Source: a virus
Taxonomy: Duplodnaviria > Caudoviricetes
Virus record (IMG/VR): IMGVR_UViG_3300023283_000386
Coordinates: 1 to 25,603 of that record
Strand: one strand, 5' to 3'
Length of the DNA stretch: 25,603 nt
Position numbers and translations under genes: made by a program. This document shows, one piece after another, positions 1 to 9,977 of this stretch; position 1 is the first letter of the stretch, and every line of letters begins with the position of its first letter. The notes beneath the pieces were generated by a model that worked only from the letters and a program-made list of their open reading frames with translations, did not search any database and was not told where the DNA came from.

Positions 1-540
1 TCAAATCTCCGTGTCAAGGGTCAGACGCACGCGCCCGCCGCCGCTCGTCGGCGCGCCGTCAATACGCAGGATCACCTCGGTCCCGGCCGCGAGCGGTCGG
101 TCGGGCCAGTCGAGGTAGCGGATGGCCGCGGCGCCAAATGCGAAGTCCCGCGGCGCGAAGAACAGGTCCGGGTCCGCGCGCGTGCCAAGATGCAGCGCGA
201 CCCCCGGCGACAGCGGCGTCTCGATCGCCACGCTCAGCGCCGCCACCCGCCCGTCCGCCGGCATCGCCGCAACCACCACTTCGGGCGCGTCGGCGGCGGT
301 CCAGGCGCGGGACAGCCGCGACGCCTGCGCGGCGGCGGCGGCGGTGGCCGCGTCCTCGGCGGCGGCGCGGGCGGCGGGGACGTTGGCCAGCGCGCCTTCG
401 GCGGCGCCGGTCACGGCATCGGTCCAGGCCAGGAATTGGTCCAGGTAGGGCCTGCCCGCCCGGTCGTTCAGGGCGTCGCGCGCGGCGCGCACCGTGGTGG
501 CGAGGGCGTCCGGGTCCACGGCTGTCGGATCGTCGCTCAT
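1..540 (-). CDS. Hypothetical phage tail-tip/fibre-region protein (179 aa)
   Basis: ATGA overlap with the upstream gene at 537-540; Ala-rich helical N-terminus then a beta-rich domain; position after the tail-tip genes. Confidence 0.6.
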   Translation of the reverse strand: MSDDPTAVDPDALATTVRAARDALNDRAGRPYLDQFLAWTDAVTGAAEGALANVPAARAAAEDAATAAAAAQASRLSRAWTAADAPEVVVAAMPADGRVAALSVAIETPLSPGVALHLGTRADPDLFFAPRDFAFGAAAIRYLDWPDRPLAAGTEVILRIDGAPTSGGGRVRLTLDTEI

Positions 541-1418
541 GCCGGCAGCTCCCGCACCGTCCAGCCGGCGCTGTGTTGCTGGGCGGCATCGTGCGTGATC
601 CCGTCGTCCTCGGTGAAATAGCCGTAGACCGTCGTGCGATACGCGGTCGCGACATCCGCGCCCGCGAACATCTCGACCAGGACCGGGCGGCGGCGTCCGG
701 CGATCCGCGCCAGGTCGTCCAGATTGAACAGCGCCGCTTCGGGCGGCATATGACGGACGTCGAAGCTCGCCTCCCGTGTGGGCGGTCCCGCCGGCGCGGG
801 CATCAAGCCGGCTTCGGTCTCCACCTGATCGGCGTTATCGACCCAGCGCAGGGACCAGCCGAAGGACACCCCCTCCGCGCTGTCCCACCCCTGGCCGTGC
901 AGCACCACGCCCGCCTCGATGGGCGCGTCCAGGCGCGCGTTGCGCAGCTCGATCCGCAGGAACCGCGCCTGGACCGTGCCGCCGTAATCCAGCACCCGGC
1001 GGGCCGGGAAGACGGCGAAATCCGACAGATCGGGGAAGCCCCCCAGGCTGTCGCCAAAGGGATCGAAGCCCAGGCCATAGGCCGGGTCCCAGGCCCGCAC
1101 CGTGGCATCGAAGGCCAACGCCGCGCCGTCCGGATCGGCCTCGGCCGCCGGATCGTCGCTCAGGCTCCAGCGGATGGTGCCGGCGACATCCAGGTTATGG
1201 CCCAGGATCGCGCCATGCGTGGCGGCCACCCGCGCGCCCAGGTCGATCCACAGCACCTCGGCCACGTTACCGGTGGCGCGCCAGACCCGGCCCGGACGCG
1301 GCTGGGCCACGCGCCGCGCGGGTGTGGCGGCGCTGGTCGCGGACACCGTCACCCCCGGCCGCGCGACCCGGTTGTCATAGAGGATACGCAGTCGGCCTTC
1401 ACCGGCCCCCAGCTTCAT
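537..1418 (-). CDS. Putative distal-tail/tail-tip protein (293 aa)
   Basis: Start chosen at the ATGA overlap 1415-1418; beta-rich sequence (WIDLG, ARFLRIEL, W-rich C-terminus) typical of siphophage tail-tip genes downstream of the tape measure. Confidence 0.65.
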   Translation of the reverse strand: MKLGAGEGRLRILYDNRVARPGVTVSATSAATPARRVAQPRPGRVWRATGNVAEVLWIDLGARVAATHGAILGHNLDVAGTIRWSLSDDPAAEADPDGAALAFDATVRAWDPAYGLGFDPFGDSLGGFPDLSDFAVFPARRVLDYGGTVQARFLRIELRNARLDAPIEAGVVLHGQGWDSAEGVSFGWSLRWVDNADQVETEAGLMPAPAGPPTREASFDVRHMPPEAALFNLDDLARIAGRRRPVLVEMFAGADVATAYRTTVYGYFTEDDGITHDAAQQHSAGWTVRELPA

Positions 1419-2950
1419 CGGGGCCTCCACAGCTTCAGGCGCACCACGCTATCCGCCGCGCTTTCCCGCACGCCCAACAGGCGATAGGCCGCGTCCAGGC
1501 CATGGGCGGCGCTGGACAGCCAGACCTCGGCCATCAACGGCAGGCGGAAGGGCGTCACCGGCACCGCGACCTCGACCAGTTCGTGATCGGCGGTTAGCAA
1601 GGCCCCATGCCCGGCGGCCAGCGCCTCGGCGTCCCCGGCCTCGGCCAGGGCGGTGTCCAGGGACGCAGTCCCGGCCAGGCGGCGGCGGGCGCGGGCGGCG
1701 GCGGACGCCCAGGCCGTATAGGCCCGGTCGCGGGTCAGGGCCGCGCGGCGGCCGGCGGGCGCATCGGCGGCGATCCGGTCTTCGGACAGGGGGTCCAGCG
1801 TCGGCGCATGGCCGACGCGCAGCGTGTGCGGCGGCGCGCCGGGCCGGCGGATGGCCAGCGACCCGCGTTCGATGTCCTGATCGTCCAGATACAGGTCGGC
1901 CTCGTCCGCGTCCGCCGCATCCGGTGCGCGCAGGCGCCCCACCGCCAGCCCGACTCCCGGCGCGTCCGCGTAGTAGCCCCCCACGCTGGTGACGATCAGG
2001 TCCGCCAGATCGCGGATGCGCAGGGCCTCGCGCGTGGCGGTGCCCAGCGGCCAAGCGGGCAGGGCGTCCACATCCATGCCGCGCGCGACCGGCACGCCCG
2101 CGCCCTCGTCCAACAGGTGGTCCAGCAACGGTCCCGCCGCCGTGGCGCCCCCGGCATAGCCGGAGACGCCGGAGACGCGCAGCCCGAACTGCGGGCGTCC
2201 CCGGAACTGGATGCGCCCGCCCTCCAGGTGGGCGTAATAGTGCCCGTCCGGCGGCGGACTGTCGAAACTGCGCGCGATGCCAAAGCCGCCGTCCTCGACC
2301 CGGTCCACGCGGTCCAGTCCGGTCAGGGGCGAGACGTCCCACCAGCCCTCGGCGGCGTCCACGAGCACCGGCGCGAAGCCCTGGAAGCGGCCCACCGCGA
2401 TGGGCTTGGGCTGGCCTTCCAGGCCGCCGGGACCATAGGCCGTGTCGTTCAGGACCTGGTCGAACGCGCCGTCCAGGCCCAGCACCTGCCATTCGATGCC
2501 GTCGGCGCCTTCGGTGATATCGCCGCTCAAAACGCCTTGATGGACCGTTTCAAAGGCGTTTAAACGCCCGCCATACGGCCCGCGCCGGACGCGTACAGCC
2601 GCGCCGTCCCAGGCCAACGTGCGCCAGACCGGCAGGTCTTCGGCCATCACCTCCATGTCCGGGGCCAGGACGATGGACCCCGGACGCGGCGACGACGGGC
2701 CGCCCAGGGTGACGTCATCGCCCCCGTCCGCGCCGTCGGACACGGCGAACAGGTCCACCTCCCGCGCCAGGGCCTCGATCAGACCGCCCAGATATTGGCG
2801 CGACGGCGCGGCGGGATCGTCATGGGGCAGGGTGATATCGCGGGTGGCCAGGTAGACCGGCGCGGCGGGCGTGCCGTCCGTCCGGCGTGGGACCATCTCG
2901 ACCAGATACACCGGATCGTCGATCACCAGATCGTCGAGCGTCTTCGCCAC
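1415..2950 (-). CDS. Putative tail-tip/hub protein (511 aa)
   Basis: First gene after the tape measure; GTG start with a G-rich RBS; motif YGPGGLEGQPKPIAVG resembles other siphophage tail-tip proteins. Confidence 0.65.
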   Translation of the reverse strand: MAKTLDDLVIDDPVYLVEMVPRRTDGTPAAPVYLATRDITLPHDDPAAPSRQYLGGLIEALAREVDLFAVSDGADGGDDVTLGGPSSPRPGSIVLAPDMEVMAEDLPVWRTLAWDGAAVRVRRGPYGGRLNAFETVHQGVLSGDITEGADGIEWQVLGLDGAFDQVLNDTAYGPGGLEGQPKPIAVGRFQGFAPVLVDAAEGWWDVSPLTGLDRVDRVEDGGFGIARSFDSPPPDGHYYAHLEGGRIQFRGRPQFGLRVSGVSGYAGGATAAGPLLDHLLDEGAGVPVARGMDVDALPAWPLGTATREALRIRDLADLIVTSVGGYYADAPGVGLAVGRLRAPDAADADEADLYLDDQDIERGSLAIRRPGAPPHTLRVGHAPTLDPLSEDRIAADAPAGRRAALTRDRAYTAWASAAARARRRLAGTASLDTALAEAGDAEALAAGHGALLTADHELVEVAVPVTPFRLPLMAEVWLSSAAHGLDAAYRLLGVRESAADSVVRLKLWRPR

Positions 2951-2959
2951 GCGCGCCCC

Positions 2960-5900
2960 CTACAAAATCCGCACCGGCTGCCCGCGCCGCCGCCCGGCCT
3001 CCCGCCGCCGGGCCTCCGCGCGCCCGGCCTTGGCCTCGCGGCGCAGGGCGCGGCTCTCGGCCACTTCGGCCTTGAGCCACCCGGCGGCGGCGTCCAGGAT
3101 GGCGTTGCCGCGCTGCACCTCTTCTGCCACCCGGCGCAGCTCTCCGGCCACGGCGGCACCTGTCGCCGTCGCGACCACCGTGTCGCCGGTCTGGATCGGC
3201 ACGGGCACGGGGGCGACGGACGTGGCCTCGACCTCGAAAGGGTTTCCCCCGGCGTTGAGCGCCTCCAACTGCGGCCCGAATTGCTGCGCGACGGACGACC
3301 GCACGACAAATTCTCCATCCGACAGCATCATCGGGATCGCGTCGTCGCGTGGCCCGCCCGGCCCGAAGACAAAGCCGCCGTCCGCCCGCCCGCCGCCCGG
3401 CCTCGTGACGGGATCGTCATGGCCGGACGAGCCGCAATCGACCGAGACGGAGAGATCGAGTCCCCGGATCGCGCTCTCAATGCCGCCCAGCGCGCTTTCG
3501 ATGCCGTCGGTGTTGTTTTCGATGCGATCAAGCTCGGCATTGATGCCTTGCTGCCTCACATCCAGTTTGTGAATGTCCCCGGTATTGGCGGCGATGACGT
3601 CTGTGTCACGGGCGGCCCGTGCGGTATACGTGTCGATCCGGCCCAGCAAGCCCTCGACGCCATCCACGTCGTCACCGATGGATATCACACGGCTTTTGAT
3701 GAAGGATGTGTTGACTTCGATATCCCGCAGCGCGCCGTTATCGGTGCTCGACAGCCCGCCCAGTTCGGCGGTGATGTCGTTGACCCCGGCGAAAAACTCG
3801 CCCGGCGACAGCGCGCCGTCATCGTTGGTGTCCAGCCGTTGAAACAGGCGCGCCGCCGCCCGCCCGCTTTCGTCCGCGCCCCGGTCGCTGTCGTGGGCGA
3901 TCCCGGACAGCCGCGCGTTGGCGAATTCCTGGGCGTTCAAGACGCCGTCATCGTTGGTGTCCAGCCGTTGAAACAGGCGCTCGGCGGCCCGGCGGCCCTC
4001 ATTCGCGCCCCGCGCGCCTTCGTCCGCCCCGCGCGCCGCCTCGCCCCGTATCTCGCCCAGCAGGTCGAGCTGGCGCTGCTCGAAGGACCGCGTGGCGGGC
4101 AGGCTTTCAAGCTGGTCGATGATGGACTCGAACGCTGCCGCCGTGGGCGCCCCGGCGCCGGTGACGGCGCGTTGGGCGGCCAGCAGTTGCGGCGCGGATT
4201 GGCTCAAGCGGCGCAGGGCGTCCAGATCGTTGCCCTGGGCCAGCGCGATATCGTCCCCGAAGGCATCGCGCGCGAAATCCAGCCGCGCCTGGGGCGACCG
4301 GGTCGAGTCGTCACTGGCAACCAACTGCCCGATCAGTTGCGAGATATCGCCCCCGGCGCTGACCAGCGCCGCCCGCTGCCGCTCGATTTGCGCCGTCCGT
4401 TGTTCTTCGGCCCGCGCCGCCTCGCGTTGGGCCTCTTCGGCCTCGCGCGCCACCCGCTCGCTTTCGGCCAGCGCCGACGACAGCACCGCCAGCACCGGGG
4501 CGGCCTCTTCGGCACTGTCGGCGATGGACTGGATCACGGCACCGAACCGTCCGGCGCTGTCGCGGTCCAGATCGCCGCCCTGCGCCGCCGCGATGACTTG
4601 GCGCAGGACGGGGTCGAAGGCGCCGCCGTCCAGGCCGCGCGCCACCACCTGCCGCGTCAGGCTGGTGCCGAAGATATCGCCGTTCGCCTCGCGCTGCGCG
4701 GCCTTGGCGCGGCGGTCGAAATCCGCCACCGCGACCGTGACGTCTGCGACGCCCTCGGCCATGCGGTCCAGCGCCCGGTTCAGCGCCGCCACCGCCGTCT
4801 CCGCCCCCGGCACGTCCTCGGCAAAGCCCGCGAACTGGTCACGCAGCGCCGCAACCTGGGCGCGGTCCAGGCCGCCCAGGACGTCGCCCACGCGGTCGGC
4901 GCGCACCCGTTCGAACAGCACCTGGCCGATGTTGCCTTGGTCACGATCGCTGCGCAGCGTTTGCAATTCTCCCTGGACGAAGGATAACAACCCCTGGCCC
5001 GCGCGCTGCACATCGTCCGGCAGCAACGAGGTTTCCAGTGAAAGCTGCCGCAGCCGCCGCTGTTCGGCGATCTGCGATGCCAGCGCGTCCCCGGCCTCGG
5101 CGGCGCTGATGCCCAGATCGTCCAGCAGGCCGCGCAGGTCCGACGCCGGGCTTTGGACCTCGCCCAGGGTCGCTTCCAGGCGCCGGATGCCCACCTCGGT
5201 GTCGGACAGCGCCTCTTGCGGCGCGGCCTCACGTATGCCTAACAGGCGTTCGGCGAACAGCCGGCTGGCGTCCTCGGCCTCGCGCAGCGCCGCCGCCTGG
5301 TCCGGCCCGGCAAAGGCGGTGCCGGTGCGGTCCAGGAAATCGCGCACCCCGGCCACGGCCTGGTCCAGGTCGCCGATCACCCGTTGCTGGATCAGGCTGC
5401 CGATATCCTGCGTCCCGGCGGACAGCGCTTCGACGCGCGCGTCGAATTCGGCCCGGAAATCCAGGATGCCAAACGCCTCGTCGAGGGCGGCTTGCAACGC
5501 TTCTTCGTTGCCCTCTTTGCCGGTGCGCGCCGCCTTGGCGAGGAATTCGGGCACCTGGGCATCGATGGCGTCGAAGATCGTGACGAAGCGGTCGCCGATG
5601 GCCTGGGCGATCTCGCTTTGGTCGATTTCCTTGCCGACATCGACGCGCACGCCGTTGCCGTCCGCGAAGGCGTCCCGCACGGCGTCGATTTCCGGGGCCG
5701 ACAGCCGCTGTGCGATCTGGTCGTCCAGCGGCGCGATCTGCCCGGTCAGGCCCCGTTCGAACTCTTGGCCGCTGATGCCGCTTTCCTGCACCGCGATGAA
5801 CCCGAACGGCGTCTCGCGCCGCCCGGCCCCGGCGGTCAGGCCGTCGCGGGTCGGCGCGGTCTCCAGGTTGAAATCCTTGCCGCCGCCGCCGATCAGGCCC

Positions 5901-8900
5901 GAGATCAGCCCGCCCAGCGTGCCGCCGATCAGGCCGCCCGCCAGCGTGCCGATGCCCGGCACCACCGACCCGATGGCCGCGCCCCCGGCGGCACCAAGGC
6001 CGGACCCGACCTGGCCGCCCTCGCCGCCGACGAGGCTGTTGGCGAAGCTGCCCGCGCCAAAGCCCGCACCGGCGCCGCCCAGGAAGCCACTGAGCGTGGT
6101 GGACCCGAATAGCCCGCTCGTGTTCGGGCCGATAAAGCCTGGCGCACCCGCGCTCGCGCCCAGCGTTCCGCCGCCGGCGCCGCTGGCAAAGCCGAGGTTT
6201 GCGCCAAAGCCGTTGATCGCGCTGTTAATCCCACCAAAACCACCCGGCACCAGGTCCGCGCCCAGCGACCGGCCCAGGCCCAGCGCGTCACCCAACGCGC
6301 CGCCGGTGGGGTCCAGGCCGCCCAGCGCCGACCCCGCGAGGCCGCCCCCCGTGCCGCCGCCCGCACCCCCGCCAATCGCCTGCTGAACCACCGGGACGAT
6401 GACCGCTTGGCGCACGGCCTGCGCCGCCATTTCGGCCAGGATGTCGCGCAGGCCGCCGACCAGGGAGTCGCGCAGGCTGGCCACCGCATCGTCGCCGCCT
6501 TCGATGGCCGCCGCGACGAAATCGCGCGTGGCCTCGGTGCCGTCTTCGATCACGGTGTTGACCGCCTCGCGCGCCCGGCGCGTGCGCGCGATTTCGCGGG
6601 TCAAGGCGATTTCTTCGCGCGCCTGCTCGGTCGTCAGGTCGATGCCGCGTTCGCGCAGGTCGTTTTCGGTCTCCAGCACCGCGCGGCGCGCGTCGATCTG
6701 CGCCGCCGAGGCCCCGGACGCTTCCAGCGCCAAAAGCGCGCGTTCGCGCGCCAGGCGCCCGCGCAGCGCTTCGGCGGCGTCGCGGGTCGCCGTGGCGTTG
6801 TCCTCTTGCGCCTCGGTCTCGTCTTCCAGATCGGTGACGGTTTGCTGGACCGCCGCGCTCAGGTCTTCCTTGCGGCCGATCAGGTCCGCCAGGCGCTCGG
6901 CCAGCGTGTCGCCTTCGGCCCCGGCGGCGTCCAGCGCCGCGACGACGTCCGGCAGGTCTTCGCGGCCCAGGCCGCCCAGGATATCGCGCGCGCGTTGCAA
7001 CGCCCGCCTATCGGCCAGCGCGTCCAGCCCGCCGCCGTCCAGCGCCGCCTGCTGCGCGGCCAGGTTTTCGACCTCCGCTGCGATCCCGGCCACGGCCTCG
7101 GTGGCCGACCGCTGCGCCTGCGCCAGCGCCGCCTGCTGTTCGCGGGCGCTCTCCAGGCGTTGTTCATAGCGCGCCGTCACATCCGCGCTGTCGGCCACGG
7201 CGCGGGTCAGGGCGTCCTGCACCTCGGACAGCGACGCCCCGGCCGCGACCGACGCGCCCAGATCGCGGGCCAGGGCGGCCAGCTCGCCGCGCACGGCGGC
7301 GGTGGCCTCGGCCTGGGACGCGCCCGCGTCCACCGCGCCGCGCAGCGTGGCGGTCCAGTCCCGGACGGTTTGGCTCGCCTCCAAAAAGCGCGCACGCTGC
7401 GCCCGCGCGCCGTCGCCCCCGGCCTCGAACGCCCCGGCCAAGGCCCGCGCCCGGCGCTCGGCGGCCAGCAGGTCCGACGCCGACGCCCGGACATCGTCTC
7501 CCGCCTGCGCGAAATCCGCCCCGGCGGCCCGCGCCGCCGTGCCCGCCGCCGCCGCCGCCGACGCCGATTCGCGCGCGCTGCGGGCCGTCTCGTCGAGCTG
7601 GGCCGTCAGCCGCTCGATGTTCTCCTCGTTGGCCTCGACGTCCGCTCTGCGTTCGCGCGCCCGCGCGGCCAGGGCGGCCCCCACCCCCGCCGCCGGGGAC
7701 GAGATGCCGTCGGTGACGGATCGGTTCAGGCGCGCCTGCGCCTCGATCTGGTCCAGCGTCGCGCGCAGCGTCTCCCGCCGCGCCAGGGCTTCTTCCAGCG
7801 CCGCCCGTACCGTCTCGCGCGAGACGTCCTGGCCGCGCTCCAGGGCCGCGACCATGCGCTCGGTGGCGTCGGTCTGGTCGTCCGCCGCCGCCGTTTGGGC
7901 CTCCGTGGCCGCGCGCGCCGGTTCCAGGGCGGCGGCCAGGCGCCGCGCCTGATCCCCCGCGTCGGCGGCGGCGGCCCCGGTGTCCGACAGCGCGCCGGAC
8001 AACGCCACGGCGGCGGCGGTCCCCAGCGACAGCGCCACGCCGATGGGACCGCCCAGGGCTGCCAGTGCCACGCGCGCGGCCCCGGCGGCCCCGGCGATCG
8101 TGGTCAGGGCCGCGCCCGCCGCGCGCACCCGCCCGGCGAACGCCGCCACCCCGCGCACCGCCAGCACGCCGGACAGCCCGGCCCCGGCGGTCAGGATGGC
8201 ATCCCCGGCGACCTCGAAGTTGTCGGCCAGCGTCAGGATCGCGCCGGACAGCGCGCGGGTGGCGCCGGCGCCCTGGTCCGCTTCGCCGATATATTGCTGT
8301 GTGGCGTTCGACAGCACCGTGAACGCCTGCGATACGGTCGCGCGGGTCTGCCGGAATTCGGCGTCGATGATATCGGCCTGGCCGCGCAGCGCCCGGAACA
8401 CCTCTTCGGCGGCCAGCGCGCCCTCGGTGCCCAGGTCGCGCAGCTCGCCGATGGTCACGCCCAGGCCATCGGCAATCGCCCGCGCCAGGCGCGGCAACTG
8501 CTCCATCACGCTGCGCAACTCGTCGCCGCGTAATGCGCCCGAGGCCAGCCCCTGGCCCAACTGCACGATCCCGGCGCTGGCCTCCGCCGCCGTGGCGCCG
8601 GACACCTGGACCGCTTGGTTCACCGCGCGCGTCACCGTCAGCAGGTCCGCGCTGCTGGCCCCAAGCTGATCGGTGGACCGGGCCAGCCGGGTATAGAGAT
8701 CGACGGTCGGGTCCAGCGCCGTGCGCGTGGCGTTGGCGAGGTCCACCAGTTGCGTCTGGCGGCGCGCCAGTTCGGCGCTGCTGTCCGTGACCAGGCGCAG
8801 GCGGCTTTCCGCCTGGGTCCAGGCGTCGGCGTAGGCCACCACCTGCTGCACCGCCAACGCCCCGCCCAGGGCGGCAGCGGCGCGCTGGACCGCCTGCATC

Positions 8901-9124
8901 GTGGTGCCCGTGGCGTCCAGGCGCCGGTCGAGCGCGGTGAACCCCTCGGCGCCGCGATCCGCCGCCCGGCCCGCCGTGCGCGCCGACGTCCCGGCGCGGT
9001 CCAGGCCCGCGGCGGCCGTCCGGGCCTGGCCGTCGAGGGCGTCGATCGCGCCCGACGCCCGCCGCACCTCGCCCACGAAGCCGCCGGCGTCCGCCCGCAG
9101 GGTGATCCCGACCACCTGATCCAT
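2960..9124 (-). CDS. Tape measure protein (2054 aa)
   Basis: N-terminal tape-measure domain (YADAWTQAESRLRLVT...QLGQGLASGALRGDELRSVMEQLPRLARAIADGLGV); long Ala-rich helical body; glycine-zipper segment; C-terminal RADGG...DAIPMMLSDGEFVV motif; follows the frameshifted chaperones. Confidence 0.95.
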   Translation of the reverse strand: MDQVVGITLRADAGGFVGEVRRASGAIDALDGQARTAAAGLDRAGTSARTAGRAADRGAEGFTALDRRLDATGTTMQAVQRAAAALGGALAVQQVVAYADAWTQAESRLRLVTDSSAELARRQTQLVDLANATRTALDPTVDLYTRLARSTDQLGASSADLLTVTRAVNQAVQVSGATAAEASAGIVQLGQGLASGALRGDELRSVMEQLPRLARAIADGLGVTIGELRDLGTEGALAAEEVFRALRGQADIIDAEFRQTRATVSQAFTVLSNATQQYIGEADQGAGATRALSGAILTLADNFEVAGDAILTAGAGLSGVLAVRGVAAFAGRVRAAGAALTTIAGAAGAARVALAALGGPIGVALSLGTAAAVALSGALSDTGAAAADAGDQARRLAAALEPARAATEAQTAAADDQTDATERMVAALERGQDVSRETVRAALEEALARRETLRATLDQIEAQARLNRSVTDGISSPAAGVGAALAARARERRADVEANEENIERLTAQLDETARSARESASAAAAAGTAARAAGADFAQAGDDVRASASDLLAAERRARALAGAFEAGGDGARAQRARFLEASQTVRDWTATLRGAVDAGASQAEATAAVRGELAALARDLGASVAAGASLSEVQDALTRAVADSADVTARYEQRLESAREQQAALAQAQRSATEAVAGIAAEVENLAAQQAALDGGGLDALADRRALQRARDILGGLGREDLPDVVAALDAAGAEGDTLAERLADLIGRKEDLSAAVQQTVTDLEDETEAQEDNATATRDAAEALRGRLARERALLALEASGASAAQIDARRAVLETENDLRERGIDLTTEQAREEIALTREIARTRRAREAVNTVIEDGTEATRDFVAAAIEGGDDAVASLRDSLVGGLRDILAEMAAQAVRQAVIVPVVQQAIGGGAGGGTGGGLAGSALGGLDPTGGALGDALGLGRSLGADLVPGGFGGINSAINGFGANLGFASGAGGGTLGASAGAPGFIGPNTSGLFGSTTLSGFLGGAGAGFGAGSFANSLVGGEGGQVGSGLGAAGGAAIGSVVPGIGTLAGGLIGGTLGGLISGLIGGGGKDFNLETAPTRDGLTAGAGRRETPFGFIAVQESGISGQEFERGLTGQIAPLDDQIAQRLSAPEIDAVRDAFADGNGVRVDVGKEIDQSEIAQAIGDRFVTIFDAIDAQVPEFLAKAARTGKEGNEEALQAALDEAFGILDFRAEFDARVEALSAGTQDIGSLIQQRVIGDLDQAVAGVRDFLDRTGTAFAGPDQAAALREAEDASRLFAERLLGIREAAPQEALSDTEVGIRRLEATLGEVQSPASDLRGLLDDLGISAAEAGDALASQIAEQRRLRQLSLETSLLPDDVQRAGQGLLSFVQGELQTLRSDRDQGNIGQVLFERVRADRVGDVLGGLDRAQVAALRDQFAGFAEDVPGAETAVAALNRALDRMAEGVADVTVAVADFDRRAKAAQREANGDIFGTSLTRQVVARGLDGGAFDPVLRQVIAAAQGGDLDRDSAGRFGAVIQSIADSAEEAAPVLAVLSSALAESERVAREAEEAQREAARAEEQRTAQIERQRAALVSAGGDISQLIGQLVASDDSTRSPQARLDFARDAFGDDIALAQGNDLDALRRLSQSAPQLLAAQRAVTGAGAPTAAAFESIIDQLESLPATRSFEQRQLDLLGEIRGEAARGADEGARGANEGRRAAERLFQRLDTNDDGVLNAQEFANARLSGIAHDSDRGADESGRAAARLFQRLDTNDDGALSPGEFFAGVNDITAELGGLSSTDNGALRDIEVNTSFIKSRVISIGDDVDGVEGLLGRIDTYTARAARDTDVIAANTGDIHKLDVRQQGINAELDRIENNTDGIESALGGIESAIRGLDLSVSVDCGSSGHDDPVTRPGGGRADGGFVFGPGGPRDDAIPMMLSDGEFVVRSSVAQQFGPQLEALNAGGNPFEVEATSVAPVPVPIQTGDTVVATATGAAVAGELRRVAEEVQRGNAILDAAAGWLKAEVAESRALRREAKAGRAEARRREAGRRRGQPVRIL

Positions 9125-9130
9125 GTCAGA

Positions 9131-9577
9131 TCACCCCCGCCGCCGGGCTTGAGACGCCGCCCGGCGCTGGGCGGCGCGGACCTTGCCTTGCAGGACCGGC
9201 AGGGCGGCGGCCTCCATCTCCCGGATGCCCTCGAACACCGGGCGCCGCCGCCGTTTCTTGACCCCGCGCAGGGACAGCACGGCCTGCACCGCGCCGTAAT
9301 CCAGCCCCTTGGGCATCCCGGCGTCGCCGACGTACTGCCATTGCGTCACAAGCGCCAAAAAGCATCGCACCGTCTCGTGGTTGCAGGGCAGGATGTCGAG
9401 CGGGCCGTCCCGGTCGCCCGAACGCAGCCCGGACGCCCGCGCGATCGCCGCCGCCGGGGCGCCCGCGCGGCGAAGCTGCGCGGCTACGCCGGCTTCGCCG
9501 TCTTGCGCGTCCCCTTCCCCTGGGTCTCGCCGCCCGCGTCCTTCGGCCCAGGCGCGGGCGGCGTCGCGCCGTTTTTT
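9131..9577 (-). CDS. Tail chaperone C-terminal extension (gpT-like, DUF1799-like) reached by -1 frameshift
   Basis: Open -1 frame after the slippery site; motif TVRCFLALVTQWQY...GLDYGAV...VFEGIREMEAAAL; ends 6 nt before the tape measure ATG. Confidence 0.8.
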   Translation of the reverse strand, partial: KKRRDAARAWAEGRGRRDPGEGDAQDGEAGVAAQLRRAGAPAAAIARASGLRSGDRDGPLDILPCNHETVRCFLALVTQWQYVGDAGMPKGLDYGAVQAVLSLRGVKKRRRRPVFEGIREMEAAALPVLQGKVRAAQRRAASQARRRG

Positions 9578-9948
9578 GCCGGCCCGCCCGTCACCATCTC
9601 GAACAGCGCCCGCCAGACGGATTGCCGGGCGGCTTCGTGGGCGAGCACCAGCGGCTTGGTCGCCTCGGTGCAGGGGATATCCGCGACCGCGCCGGACGGG
9701 TCCGCCTGGGCGATGCCGGACCAGTCCCGGACGATGGCGGCCAGGGGATCGTCCGCCGTGCCCCACAGGTCCGCGCCCAACTGGCGCGCGGCCTGATCGG
9801 CGGCGTCGAAGTCGGCGGCGCTTTGGTATTGCAGGCGCCATTGCACCTGGTGCTCGACGATTTCGCCGCCATCGGCGGGCACGCGGATCGCGCCGGGCCA
9901 CCACAGGACCGGCTTAGCATTAAAGACAAACGGCCCTGTCTCGCTCAT
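9484..9948 (-). CDS. Tail assembly chaperone (gpG-like, 154 aa)
   Basis: Between tail tube and tape measure; AAGGAG RBS; IVRDWSGI motif; contains the A-AAA-AAC slippery heptamer. Confidence 0.85.
   Translation of the reverse strand: MSETGPFVFNAKPVLWWPGAIRVPADGGEIVEHQVQWRLQYQSAADFDAADQAARQLGADLWGTADDPLAAIVRDWSGIAQADPSGAVADIPCTEATKPLVLAHEAARQSVWRALFEMVTGGPAKNGATPPAPGPKDAGGETQGKGTRKTAKPA
9571..9577 (-). promoter_or_regulatory. Programmed -1 ribosomal frameshift heptamer A AAA AAC
   Basis: GCA AAA AAC in frame with the chaperone; the -1 frame stays open to 9131. Confidence 0.85.
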
Positions 9949-9977
9949 ATCGAACTCCTTTCAAACGGCATTTAAAC

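Noticed and set aside
3814-3980. Diversity-generating retroelement TR/VR pair
   Set aside because: Both copies are in frame within one gene, the shared block is identical with no adenine-specific variation, and there is no reverse transcriptase in the window
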